A stretch of 16,677 nucleotides of DNA from Myxococcota bacterium (GTDB taxonomy: Bacteria; Myxococcota; JACRCW01), in NCBI GenBank assembly GCA_040752415.1, contig JBFMGU010000235.1:1-16677 (forward strand), given 5' to 3'. Below, one piece after another: positions 1 through 7,127 of this stretch (within the stretch, counting starts at the first letter, position 1; the number at the start of each line of letters is the position of its first letter). Under the pieces are notes generated by a model. It ran no database searches. It was not told where the DNA came from and saw nothing but the letters and a program-made list of their open reading frames with translations. The translations under genes and the position numbers were made by a program.

Positions 1-237
1 AAGAAACGGTTCAGCACCCCCGGTTGCTTCCCCGCCGCCGCCAGCAGGCCGGATCCGCGCGCGGGCGCCACGCGGGAGGCCAGGCGTGAGCGCGAGGGTG
101 GTGGACACGCGTGCCTGCGGGGACACCGGCCTTGGCGTCGGGGACACGGTGGCGGCGCAGGGAGGGTGGGAATGGGGCGGGTTTGCGGGTAGGAACGCCC
201 ACCGGGTCGCATCAGGCCCGTGTCCCTGGAGTGTGAC

Positions 238-1782
238 GTGGTGGATCCGACGCAGCAGAATGATGACGAGTCGTTTGCCGGGATGATGGAGGCGGCGCTG
301 AGGGCGCCCCGCAAGCAGGTGCACCCCGGCGACCGGGTGGGCGGCAAGGTCACCCACGTGGGTGAGAAGCGCGTCACCGTGGACCTGGGCGGCGGCGTCG
401 ACGGACTCATGGAGCTGAGCGAGCTGGCCGAGCCCGGCGAGAAGCCCGACGTCAAGGTGGGCGACACGCTGGAGGGATTCGCGCTGCGCGTGGAGCGCGG
501 CACGGTGGTGATGGGCAAGAGCGCGGGCAAGGGACTGGCGGGCCGCTACGCGCTGGAGGAGGCCGCGCGCACCGGGGTGCCGGTGGAGGGCCTCGTCGTG
601 GAGGTGAACAAGGGCGGCTACGTGGTCGACGTGTCCGGCACGCGCGCGTTCTGTCCGCTGGGCCAGATGGACACCCGCCGCATTGACGACCCGAACACCA
701 TGATGGGCCGGAAGCTGTCCTTCAAGGTGACCGAGCTGCGCGACGGCAAGGACGCCGTGCTCTCCCGCAAGGCCATCCTGGAGGCGGAAGCCGCGGTGCG
801 CGCCGCGGAGACGCGCAAGAAGCTCAGCGTGGGCGCGCGCTTCAAGGGCACGGTGGTGAACGTGCGGGACTTTGGCGCGTTCGTCGACGTGGGTGGCGTG
901 GAGGGCCTGGTCCCCGCTGGTGAGCTGGCCTACGGCCGCAACCGTCCGCAGGACGTGGTGCGTGTGGGGCAGGAGGTGGAGGTGGAGGTGATGCGCATCG
1001 AGCCGGGCAAGGACGGCAAGGGTGAGCGCATCAGCCTGTCCATGCGGGCCCTGGCCGAGGACCCGTTCAACGTGGTCACCGGGGCGCTCGTCGAAGGCAC
1101 GGTGGTGCGCGGGAAGGTGACGCGCGTGCAGCCGTTTGGCGCGTTCGTGGAGCTGGTGCCCGGCGTGGAGGGGCTCATCCACGTCAGCGCGTTCGGTCGT
1201 CGCGTGGCCCACCCGCACGACGTGGTGAAGCCGGAGCAGGACGTGGCGGTGCGCGTGGACGGGGTGGACCGCGAGCAGCGTCGCATCTCCCTGGCGTTCA
1301 TGCCCGACGCCGAGGCCGAGGGCTTGGAGGCCCCGACCGGCGAGGCGCCGGCGGGCCTGCGGGTGCTCGGTCGCGTGGCGCAGCGCGAGCCCGAGCCCGT
1401 GGCGCCGACGGAAGCGAAGGCCCCGCGCGAGAAGCCGGCCCGCCCCGCGCCGCCCGCGGTGGGGGCGGTGCTGGAGGTCACCGTCGACAAGCACGAGCAG
1501 TTCGGCATCTTCGTGAAGTGGGCGGACGGTCGCGGGCTGGTGCCGGCCGGTGAGCTGGGCGTGCCGCGCGGGACGGATCTGCGTCGCAGCTTCCCGGCGG
1601 GGACCACGTTCAAGGCGGTGGTGCAGGAGGTCCGCGCCGACGGGAAGGTGCGCCTGAGCAAGAGCGGCGCCGAGCACGCGGAGGAGCGCGCGGAGGCCGC
1701 GGCGTACATGGCCAAGAGCCAGGCGCCCACGGGCAAGGGCTTTGGCACCCTGGGCGACCTGCTGAAGGGGAAGCTGAAGTAG
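238..1782 (+). CDS. Multi-S1-domain RNA-binding protein (30S ribosomal protein S1-like, probable RpsA paralog)
   Basis: About five S1/OB repeats (e.g. GTVVNVRDFGAFVDVGGVEGLV, GKVTRVQPFGAFVELVPGVEGLIHVS, VEVNKGGYVV..RAFCP), a Pro/Ala linker before the last repeat and a C-terminal GFGTLGDLL motif. GGAG at 228-231 favours GTG at 238 or 241 as start. Confidence 0.85.
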   Translation: MVDPTQQNDDESFAGMMEAALRAPRKQVHPGDRVGGKVTHVGEKRVTVDLGGGVDGLMELSELAEPGEKPDVKVGDTLEGFALRVERGTVVMGKSAGKGLAGRYALEEAARTGVPVEGLVVEVNKGGYVVDVSGTRAFCPLGQMDTRRIDDPNTMMGRKLSFKVTELRDGKDAVLSRKAILEAEAAVRAAETRKKLSVGARFKGTVVNVRDFGAFVDVGGVEGLVPAGELAYGRNRPQDVVRVGQEVEVEVMRIEPGKDGKGERISLSMRALAEDPFNVVTGALVEGTVVRGKVTRVQPFGAFVELVPGVEGLIHVSAFGRRVAHPHDVVKPEQDVAVRVDGVDREQRRISLAFMPDAEAEGLEAPTGEAPAGLRVLGRVAQREPEPVAPTEAKAPREKPARPAPPAVGAVLEVTVDKHEQFGIFVKWADGRGLVPAGELGVPRGTDLRRSFPAGTTFKAVVQEVRADGKVRLSKSGAEHAEERAEAAAYMAKSQAPTGKGFGTLGDLLKGKLK

Positions 1783-1808
1783 CGGGCCTCCGGGGCCTCG
1801 GACTTGGG

Positions 1809-1970
1809 GGAGTTGGGTCTCCGGGTCGGGGGAGTTGGGCCCTGGACCGGGGGAGTTGGGTCTCAGGGCGTCGGAGTTGTGACCCAGATCACCGGAGTTG
1901 GGTCTCGGGGCGTCGGAGTTGTGATCCTGAACACCCGGAGTTGGGTCTCGGGGCCGGGGAGTCGGCCCAG
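1809..1970. repeat. Degenerate tandem array, 8 units of 21-22 bp with GGAGTTG core
   Basis: GGAGT(T/C) starts at 1809, 1831, 1852, 1873, 1894, 1915, 1937 and 1958 (spacings 22,21,21,21,21,22,21). Odd-numbered units all read GGAGTTGGGTCTC. Confidence 0.9.
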
Positions 1971-2034
1971 GTGGGCACGTCCGCGCACCGTGTGTGTGCT
2001 TCAGCGCCCACCCGGGTGGTCATGTCGCCGGAAC

Positions 2035-2197
2035 TCCGTCTTCCGTCGGTGACCGTGTTGTGGCGTGGAGCGGAACCACCACCCAGATACGAAATCAGGA
2101 GGCTGGGACGTGGCTGCACCGCTTCCCAGTGCCTACCGCGGTTCCCGTTCGGGCTGGCTGTTGATTGGAGCCCATCCGGTCGCGCATCGCAGACAGG
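2035..2197 (-). ncRNA. Candidate 6S (SsrS-like) RNA: about 163-nt rod with central bubble
   Basis: Nested pairings (plus coordinates) 2036-2041/2191-2196, 2051-2055/2177-2181, 2072-2079/2138-2145 and 2098-2108/2124-2137. Two mismatches become G-U pairs only on the minus strand. A/C-rich unpaired central strand; ends CUGCGAUGCGCG...CCGACGG resemble 6S terminal stems; extended -10 immediately upstream. Confidence 0.5.
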
Positions 2198-2213
2198 AAT
2201 GTAACAGGAATGT
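2193..2213 (-). promoter_or_regulatory. Extended -10 (TGtTACATT, 2198-2206) overlapped by a 10-bp direct repeat with 11-bp period
   Basis: ACAGGAATGT at 2193-2202 and 2204-2213; the minus strand reads TG-T-TACATT just 5' of the ncRNA candidate. No good -35. Confidence 0.45.
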
Positions 2214-2270
2214 CCGCGCCACAGACCCTTTGGGACTGACTGAGGTAAACCAGCCCCCCCCGGGCCAAGC

Positions 2271-4334
2271 TCACACCTGGCCGCCGTCCTTCAGCGCCTT
2301 CTCCAGCTGCTCCATGCCCGCGGCGCCCAGCTTGGTCTTCCACTCGCGCAGGCCCTGCTGGCTGCCCGCGTACACGTGGCTGTCCGACGAGAGATACCGC
2401 CGCGCGTCGCTGAAGGTGATGCTGTCCGGGAGGTTGTAGAACTTCTTCAGGTTGTCGAAGATCATCTCCTCGCGCCCGAACTCCTCGTCGACGTTCAGCG
2501 AGTGCGCCACCAGCATCAGGCTCTGCAGCATGCGCTCACCCTTGCTGGAGCCGTTGGCGTACTTCATGCCCACCTCCACGAAGGCGGCGGCCTTCACCAC
2601 CTCCTCGGAGGCGTGCGCGTAGCGGCTGTTGAGCTGGATCTCGTAGACCTTCTGCGCGCCCGAGGGGATGCCCGCGCGCTGCGCGTCCACGCCCATGGCC
2701 TTGAGGTCCACGTTCTTCTCCACCACGCGCACCATCTTCTTCTCGTCGGCGCTGCCGGGGGCCGCGGTGAAGAAGCCGCCGCTGAGGAACGGGTTCCCCT
2801 TCTCCATGTGCTCCAGGTAGTGGCTGAAGCCCAGCGTGGTGTTCACAATCTGGCTGGCGTTGTGCACGCGCGTCCCCGCCAGCACCTTGTCACGACGGCT
2901 GGCCTCGTTGGGCACGAACGCGGTGGCGGTGTCGCCGGGGACGTCGAAGGTGTCGAAGTCGAAGACCTTGTCCAGCACGTCCGCGCGCCCGTCGTGGTCG
3001 CGGTCATGCGTCTTCATCCGCGTGAACTCGTCGGCGGGCGTCACGTAGTTGTTGCGGTAGTGCCCGTTCTCGATGCGCGTGTGGATGTCATCCCACGAGC
3101 GACGGTTGGCCACGCCGTCCAAAAAGCTCTTGAAGGCCATGTGGTCCTCGTGCTCGTAGCTGCTGTAGCGCGTGGTGACGAGGTCCGCCTCCGGGTACTT
3201 GTCGCGGATCTTGTTGGTGATGCCCTGCCCGCAGCACTGGTGGATGAGCAGCACCTTCTTGTCGCCCGCCATCTCCGGCGCGTTGCGCAGCTGGCGCGGC
3301 ATGTTCTTGCCCCAGCCGGAGTGGCCGGAATACGCCACCACGTGCGTCTTGGGGTCGTCCATGTCGTCGAAGGTGCCGTGGTCGCCGTTGAACATCTTGA
3401 GCTGCACCTTGGTGACCTGGCCGTTGTCCCCGCGCAGCTCCTTCTCGAGGATGGTGGGCTTGCTGTAGTCGCCCTCCTGCACCACCTTGAAGCCCTCACG
3501 CTTCCAGGTGTCCACCTCGCTCTGGAAGAACTCTCCGCCGGTGTGGCACACCACGTTGAGCTGGTTGTTGCCGTCCTTGAACCACTGGTCATACGGCGGC
3601 GTGGTGGGCGCGAACTTCTGGAACGCCTTCTCCACCAGCGCGCGCTGCTCCGGCGTGGGCAGCGTGTCCTTCAGCGCGTTGAGGTGGAAGGCCATGTGGT
3701 CGCGCAGGCCGGGGTTGGTCTCCGCGTGGATCATGTCCACCAGCTCCCGCAGCACCTTGTCCTGCAACAGCCGGCCCTGCGGCTCCGCGCCCTTGAGGCT
3801 GGCCATGATCTCCCGCAGCACCGTGGCGGAAGCGGAGCGCTGCTGCGCCGCCTGGCTGGGACCGTCGTAGCCGGCGGGCGTGTTGGGGCCGGCCTTGCAC
3901 TGGCGCAGACCCACCAGCGTGCGCTCCACCACCGCGCTCTTGTCGGCGAGCGAGAGCTTGGCCGCCACGTCCATCCCCGGCTCCGCGAACATGCGCGCGG
4001 CCTGGTACACCGTCTCGCCGTAGGCCTTGGGGGTGGCGGGCAGCGCAGCGTCGGGCGCGGGGACGAACACGCCCTGCTTGAGGAAGAGCTTGGTGCCGTC
4101 GGGGAGGGCGCCCAGCGCGTTGCCCGTGGGCGCGGCCGCGGACACGAAGTTGGAGAGCTGGCGACGCGCGCCCGGCGTGATGAGGGCGGCAAAGCCGGGG
4201 TCGGCCAGGAGCTTCTTGACCTCCTCGGCGCCGGCGGTCCCGGAGGTCTTGGCCTCCTGGACAACCTTCATGGCATCCCAGGAGCTGAGACGCCCATCAG
4301 CGGACAGGTTTCTGGCCAGCGTGGTCACGGACAT
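2271..4334 (-). CDS. Hypothetical protein, 687 aa, with putative caspase/gingipain-like (clan CD) His-Cys dyad
   Basis: Long ORF with strong GC3 bias; GGGGAG RBS (4342-4347) upstream of ATG 4334. Motifs HVVAYSGHSG and KVLLIHQCCG, plus DRDHDGRAD (DxDxDG). CDS is well supported; function is inference. Confidence 0.8.
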   Translation of the reverse strand: MSVTTLARNLSADGRLSSWDAMKVVQEAKTSGTAGAEEVKKLLADPGFAALITPGARRQLSNFVSAAAPTGNALGALPDGTKLFLKQGVFVPAPDAALPATPKAYGETVYQAARMFAEPGMDVAAKLSLADKSAVVERTLVGLRQCKAGPNTPAGYDGPSQAAQQRSASATVLREIMASLKGAEPQGRLLQDKVLRELVDMIHAETNPGLRDHMAFHLNALKDTLPTPEQRALVEKAFQKFAPTTPPYDQWFKDGNNQLNVVCHTGGEFFQSEVDTWKREGFKVVQEGDYSKPTILEKELRGDNGQVTKVQLKMFNGDHGTFDDMDDPKTHVVAYSGHSGWGKNMPRQLRNAPEMAGDKKVLLIHQCCGQGITNKIRDKYPEADLVTTRYSSYEHEDHMAFKSFLDGVANRRSWDDIHTRIENGHYRNNYVTPADEFTRMKTHDRDHDGRADVLDKVFDFDTFDVPGDTATAFVPNEASRRDKVLAGTRVHNASQIVNTTLGFSHYLEHMEKGNPFLSGGFFTAAPGSADEKKMVRVVEKNVDLKAMGVDAQRAGIPSGAQKVYEIQLNSRYAHASEEVVKAAAFVEVGMKYANGSSKGERMLQSLMLVAHSLNVDEEFGREEMIFDNLKKFYNLPDSITFSDARRYLSSDSHVYAGSQQGLREWKTKLGAAGMEQLEKALKDGGQV

Positions 4335-4529
4335 GGAAGTGCTCCCCAAAACGCCGCGGCGGACCGGGCGGAAGTGCAGACGGGGCGGGAGGTTGGCCCG
4401 CGTCTCCGCCATGTGCAAGCCCGCGCCCCAGCCCCGTCGACATCATGCCCCGGCTCCACCCCCCGCTTGCCCGCGCCCCGACGGGGAATAGACCGTAGGA
4501 GGACAGCCGCCAGCGGAGCGTTGACCGTG

Positions 4530-5747
4530 ATGGATCCCGACGCCACGGATGGCGCGCAGCAGCCCTCCCTCCCGTGGGTGGCGCCGCGGGTGTGGGCCGC
4601 GGGCGGCTGGCTTCGCGAGCAGGTCTACGACGAGGGCGACGGCTACTTTGCCGCGCTGCTGGACGCCGTGGCCGCCGCGCGCCACGCCGTGGACCTGGAG
4701 GCGTACATCTACCGGGACGACGTGCTGGGTCGTCGGGTGGCCGACGCGCTGATGGATGCCGCGCGACGGGGCGTGCGCGTGCGCATCATGGTGGACGGCT
4801 TTGGCTCCCCCGGTTTTGCCGCGCGATTTGGTCCGCGGCTGCGTGAGGCCGGCGTGGAGGCACGCGTGCACAACCCGCTGCCAGAGCGCTTCCTGCTGCG
4901 CCACCTGCCGCACTCCCCGCCGCTGCGTCGACTGGTGTGGCTGTTCTTTCGCATCAACCGGCGCAACCACCGCAAAGTCTGCGTGGTCGACGGGCGGACT
5001 GCCTTCGTGGGGAGCATGAACATTGCGGCGTGCCACCTGCGCGAGGCGCGTGGCCCCCATTCCTGGCGTGACAACGGCATCCGCGTGGATGGCCCCGACG
5101 TGGCGCGCCTGACCTGGGCCTTCGAGCGCACCTGGCACCAGGCGTGGCCGCTGGGGGAGCCCACGCGTTCTCGACGGAGGATCCTGACTCCGCCCGGCGC
5201 CGCGGGCTCACGCAGCCTGGTGCGGCTGGCCCTGCCGGGTCGTCCCCGTCGACGGCTCTACCGCGACCTGCTGCGCCGCATGGACGCCGCCCGACGACGC
5301 ATCTGGGTGACCAGCCCGTACTTCGTGCCGCGTACCGGCGCCCTCCGCGCGCTGATGGCCGCCGCCCGACGGGGCGTGGACGTGCGCATCCTGATTCCGC
5401 GCAAACCCGACGTGCGCCTGGCCCACCTGACCGCGAGCCTGTTCCGTCGGCCGCTGTTGCACGCAGGTGTACGCATCTTTGAATACATGCCCAGCGTGCT
5501 CCACGCGAAGACCCTGCTGATCGACGACTGGGCGACGGTGGGGAGCAGCAATTTCAACCATCGCAGCCTGATTCACGATCTCGAAGTGGATATTGTCGTG
5601 GCCTCGCCGCCGGGGCGTCTGGCCCTGGAGTTGCAGTTCCAACGGGACCTGGAGCGAGCGGAGGAGATCACGTACGTGCCGTGGCATCAGAGGTGGGTGG
5701 AGCTGCTGGTGGGCCGCCTGCTCCTGATGTTCCGACACTGGATCTGA
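4530..5747 (+). CDS. clsB: Cardiolipin synthase, ClsB (YbhO)-type phospholipase D family
   Basis: Two HKD motifs (NHRKVCVVDGRTAFVGSMN; LHAKTLLIDDWATVGSSN), SPYFVP and two AARRGV motifs; no N-terminal TM pair as in ClsA; adjacent to a ybhP-like gene. Start is ATG 4530 or GTG 4527 (GGAG at 4515-4518). Confidence 0.85.
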   Translation: MDPDATDGAQQPSLPWVAPRVWAAGGWLREQVYDEGDGYFAALLDAVAAARHAVDLEAYIYRDDVLGRRVADALMDAARRGVRVRIMVDGFGSPGFAARFGPRLREAGVEARVHNPLPERFLLRHLPHSPPLRRLVWLFFRINRRNHRKVCVVDGRTAFVGSMNIAACHLREARGPHSWRDNGIRVDGPDVARLTWAFERTWHQAWPLGEPTRSRRRILTPPGAAGSRSLVRLALPGRPRRRLYRDLLRRMDAARRRIWVTSPYFVPRTGALRALMAAARRGVDVRILIPRKPDVRLAHLTASLFRRPLLHAGVRIFEYMPSVLHAKTLLIDDWATVGSSNFNHRSLIHDLEVDIVVASPPGRLALELQFQRDLERAEEITYVPWHQRWVELLVGRLLLMFRHWI

Positions 5748-5753
5748 GGCGCG

Positions 5754-6506
5754 ATGAAGAAGACCCGGCTGACGGTGCTCTCGTACAACATCCACAAGGG
5801 CTTCAGCACGAGGAACAAGGTGTTCGTGCTGCACTCCATCAAGGAGTCCATCCAGGCGGTGCACGCGGACCTGGTGTTCCTGCAGGAGGTGCTGGGCCAC
5901 CACGAGGAGCACGGCAAGCGCGTGTTGAACTGGCCCACGGTGTCCCAGTTCGAGTTCCTGGCGGACAAGGTGTGGCCGCACTACGCCTACGGGAAGAACG
6001 CGGTGTACGCCTCCGGGCACCACGGCAACGCCATCCTCAGCAAGTACCCCATCACCTTCCACGAGAACGTGGATGTCTCGACGAGCAAGCTGGAGCGTCG
6101 GGGGTTGTTGCACGCGGTGCTGGAGGTGCCCAACCACCACCGGCCGCTGCATGCCATCTGCATCCACCTGGGGCTGCTGGAGAATGACCGGCAGTTGCAG
6201 ATTGCGCGGCTGTGCGAGCGCATTGACGAGATTGTGCCGCACGACGCGCCGCTGGTGGTGGCGGGGGACTTCAACGACTGGCGTGAGCGCGCCACGAGCA
6301 TGTTGAACAAGCGTCTCGACGTGGAGGAGGCGTTCGTGAAGACGCGCGGCGCCCACGCGCGCACGTTCCCGAGCTGGGCGCCCTTCCTGCGGCTGGACCG
6401 CATCTACTACCGCGGCCTGGACCTCAAGAAGGCGGACAGCCTGACCGGGGATCCGTGGCGCAAGCTGTCCGACCACGCCGCGGTCACCGCCGAGCTGGCG
6501 TACTGA
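5754..6506 (+). CDS. ybhP: Endonuclease/exonuclease/phosphatase (EEP) family protein, YbhP-like
   Basis: SYNIHKG, LQEV, GNAILS, GDFND, LDRIY and SDH motifs; starts 6 bp after the clsB stop; ybhP/clsB linkage is known from E. coli ybhPON. Confidence 0.85.
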   Translation: MKKTRLTVLSYNIHKGFSTRNKVFVLHSIKESIQAVHADLVFLQEVLGHHEEHGKRVLNWPTVSQFEFLADKVWPHYAYGKNAVYASGHHGNAILSKYPITFHENVDVSTSKLERRGLLHAVLEVPNHHRPLHAICIHLGLLENDRQLQIARLCERIDEIVPHDAPLVVAGDFNDWRERATSMLNKRLDVEEAFVKTRGAHARTFPSWAPFLRLDRIYYRGLDLKKADSLTGDPWRKLSDHAAVTAELAY

Positions 6507-6543
6507 CTCCGTTCACCGTCGGGAGTCGCCGCGCGCCTGCGCG

Positions 6544-6649
6544 CTTTCGGACTGCGGTATGAAGTACCGCTTTGGCTTGGACCGACGGCGTCGACGAACC
6601 CGGCTCGTGGGCTCGAGGGAAAGCGGTACTTCATACCGCAGTCCGAAAG
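6544..6649. repeat. REPIN-like element: perfect 30-bp inverted repeat, each arm containing its own hairpin
   Basis: CTTTCGGACTGCGGTATGAAGTACCGCTTT (6544-6573) and its exact reverse complement (6620-6649), 46-nt spacer; internal palindrome GCGGTA-TGAAG-TACCGC; lies between convergent genes. Confidence 0.85.
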
Positions 6650-6693
6650 TGCCGGCCGCGGTTCCGCGATACTCCATCGCCGGCACGCGCAGC

Positions 6694-7125
6694 TCAGCCC
6701 GACTCCGTTCGCACCAACAGCTCCGTGGGCTGCGCGTAGTGCGCCTGGCACCAGCGGAACTTCTCGCGCACCGCGGGTGGCGCGGCCGCGTCGGCGACGG
6801 GAACAAACCCGCTCGCCTCCCGGTAGAACGCGGACAGGTGCGCAAACGGGATGCACCACACCGTGCGCCCGCGCGCGTGCTCCAACAGGAACCGCACCAG
6901 CGCCGCCGCAATCCCGCGTCCGCGGAACGCCGGCAACACCAGCATCCCGCCCAGCTCCGTGTTCTCGTCGTCAACGGACACCAATCGGCCCAGCCCGGCG
7001 CGCTCCCCCTCCACTTCCGCGATCGCAATCAGCTCGCGCTCCGGGCGGGACTCCACGAAGTCCACCTCGCGGTAGTGCTCGTTGACCCAGGGGATCTCGT
7101 CGGGACGCGCGGGGCGGACCAGCAT
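6694..7125 (-). CDS. GNAT family N-acetyltransferase
   Basis: 143 aa; motif A LVLPAFRGRGIA and a C-terminal AFY..GF-like motif; ATG 2 bp after the lpdA stop. Confidence 0.85.
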   Translation of the reverse strand: MLVRPARPDEIPWVNEHYREVDFVESRPERELIAIAEVEGERAGLGRLVSVDDENTELGGMLVLPAFRGRGIAAALVRFLLEHARGRTVWCIPFAHLSAFYREASGFVPVADAAAPPAVREKFRWCQAHYAQPTELLVRTESG

Positions 7126-7127
7126 GC

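Noticed and set aside
1..237. Short ORFs upstream of the S1-like gene
   Set aside because: No coding-like composition or motifs; treated as intergenic.
1809..1970. CRISPR array, or a heptad-repeat peptide (ORF 1804-2052)
   Set aside because: The conserved core is only 7-13 bp, the 'spacers' are about 14 bp and related to each other, no cas genes are present, and 22-bp units shift the reading frame.
4467..4502. Possible sigma70 promoter TTGCCC-N16-TAGACC and AGGAGG upstream of clsB
   Set aside because: The -10 lacks the conserved final T and AGGAGG is too far from any in-frame start; too weak to call.
2376..4529. 5' two-thirds of the 1123-aa plus-strand ORF, an apparent giant ClsB fusion
   Set aside because: Antisense shadow of the 687-aa minus-strand gene caused by GC3 bias; PLD similarity starts only after about 4530, which has its own RBS.
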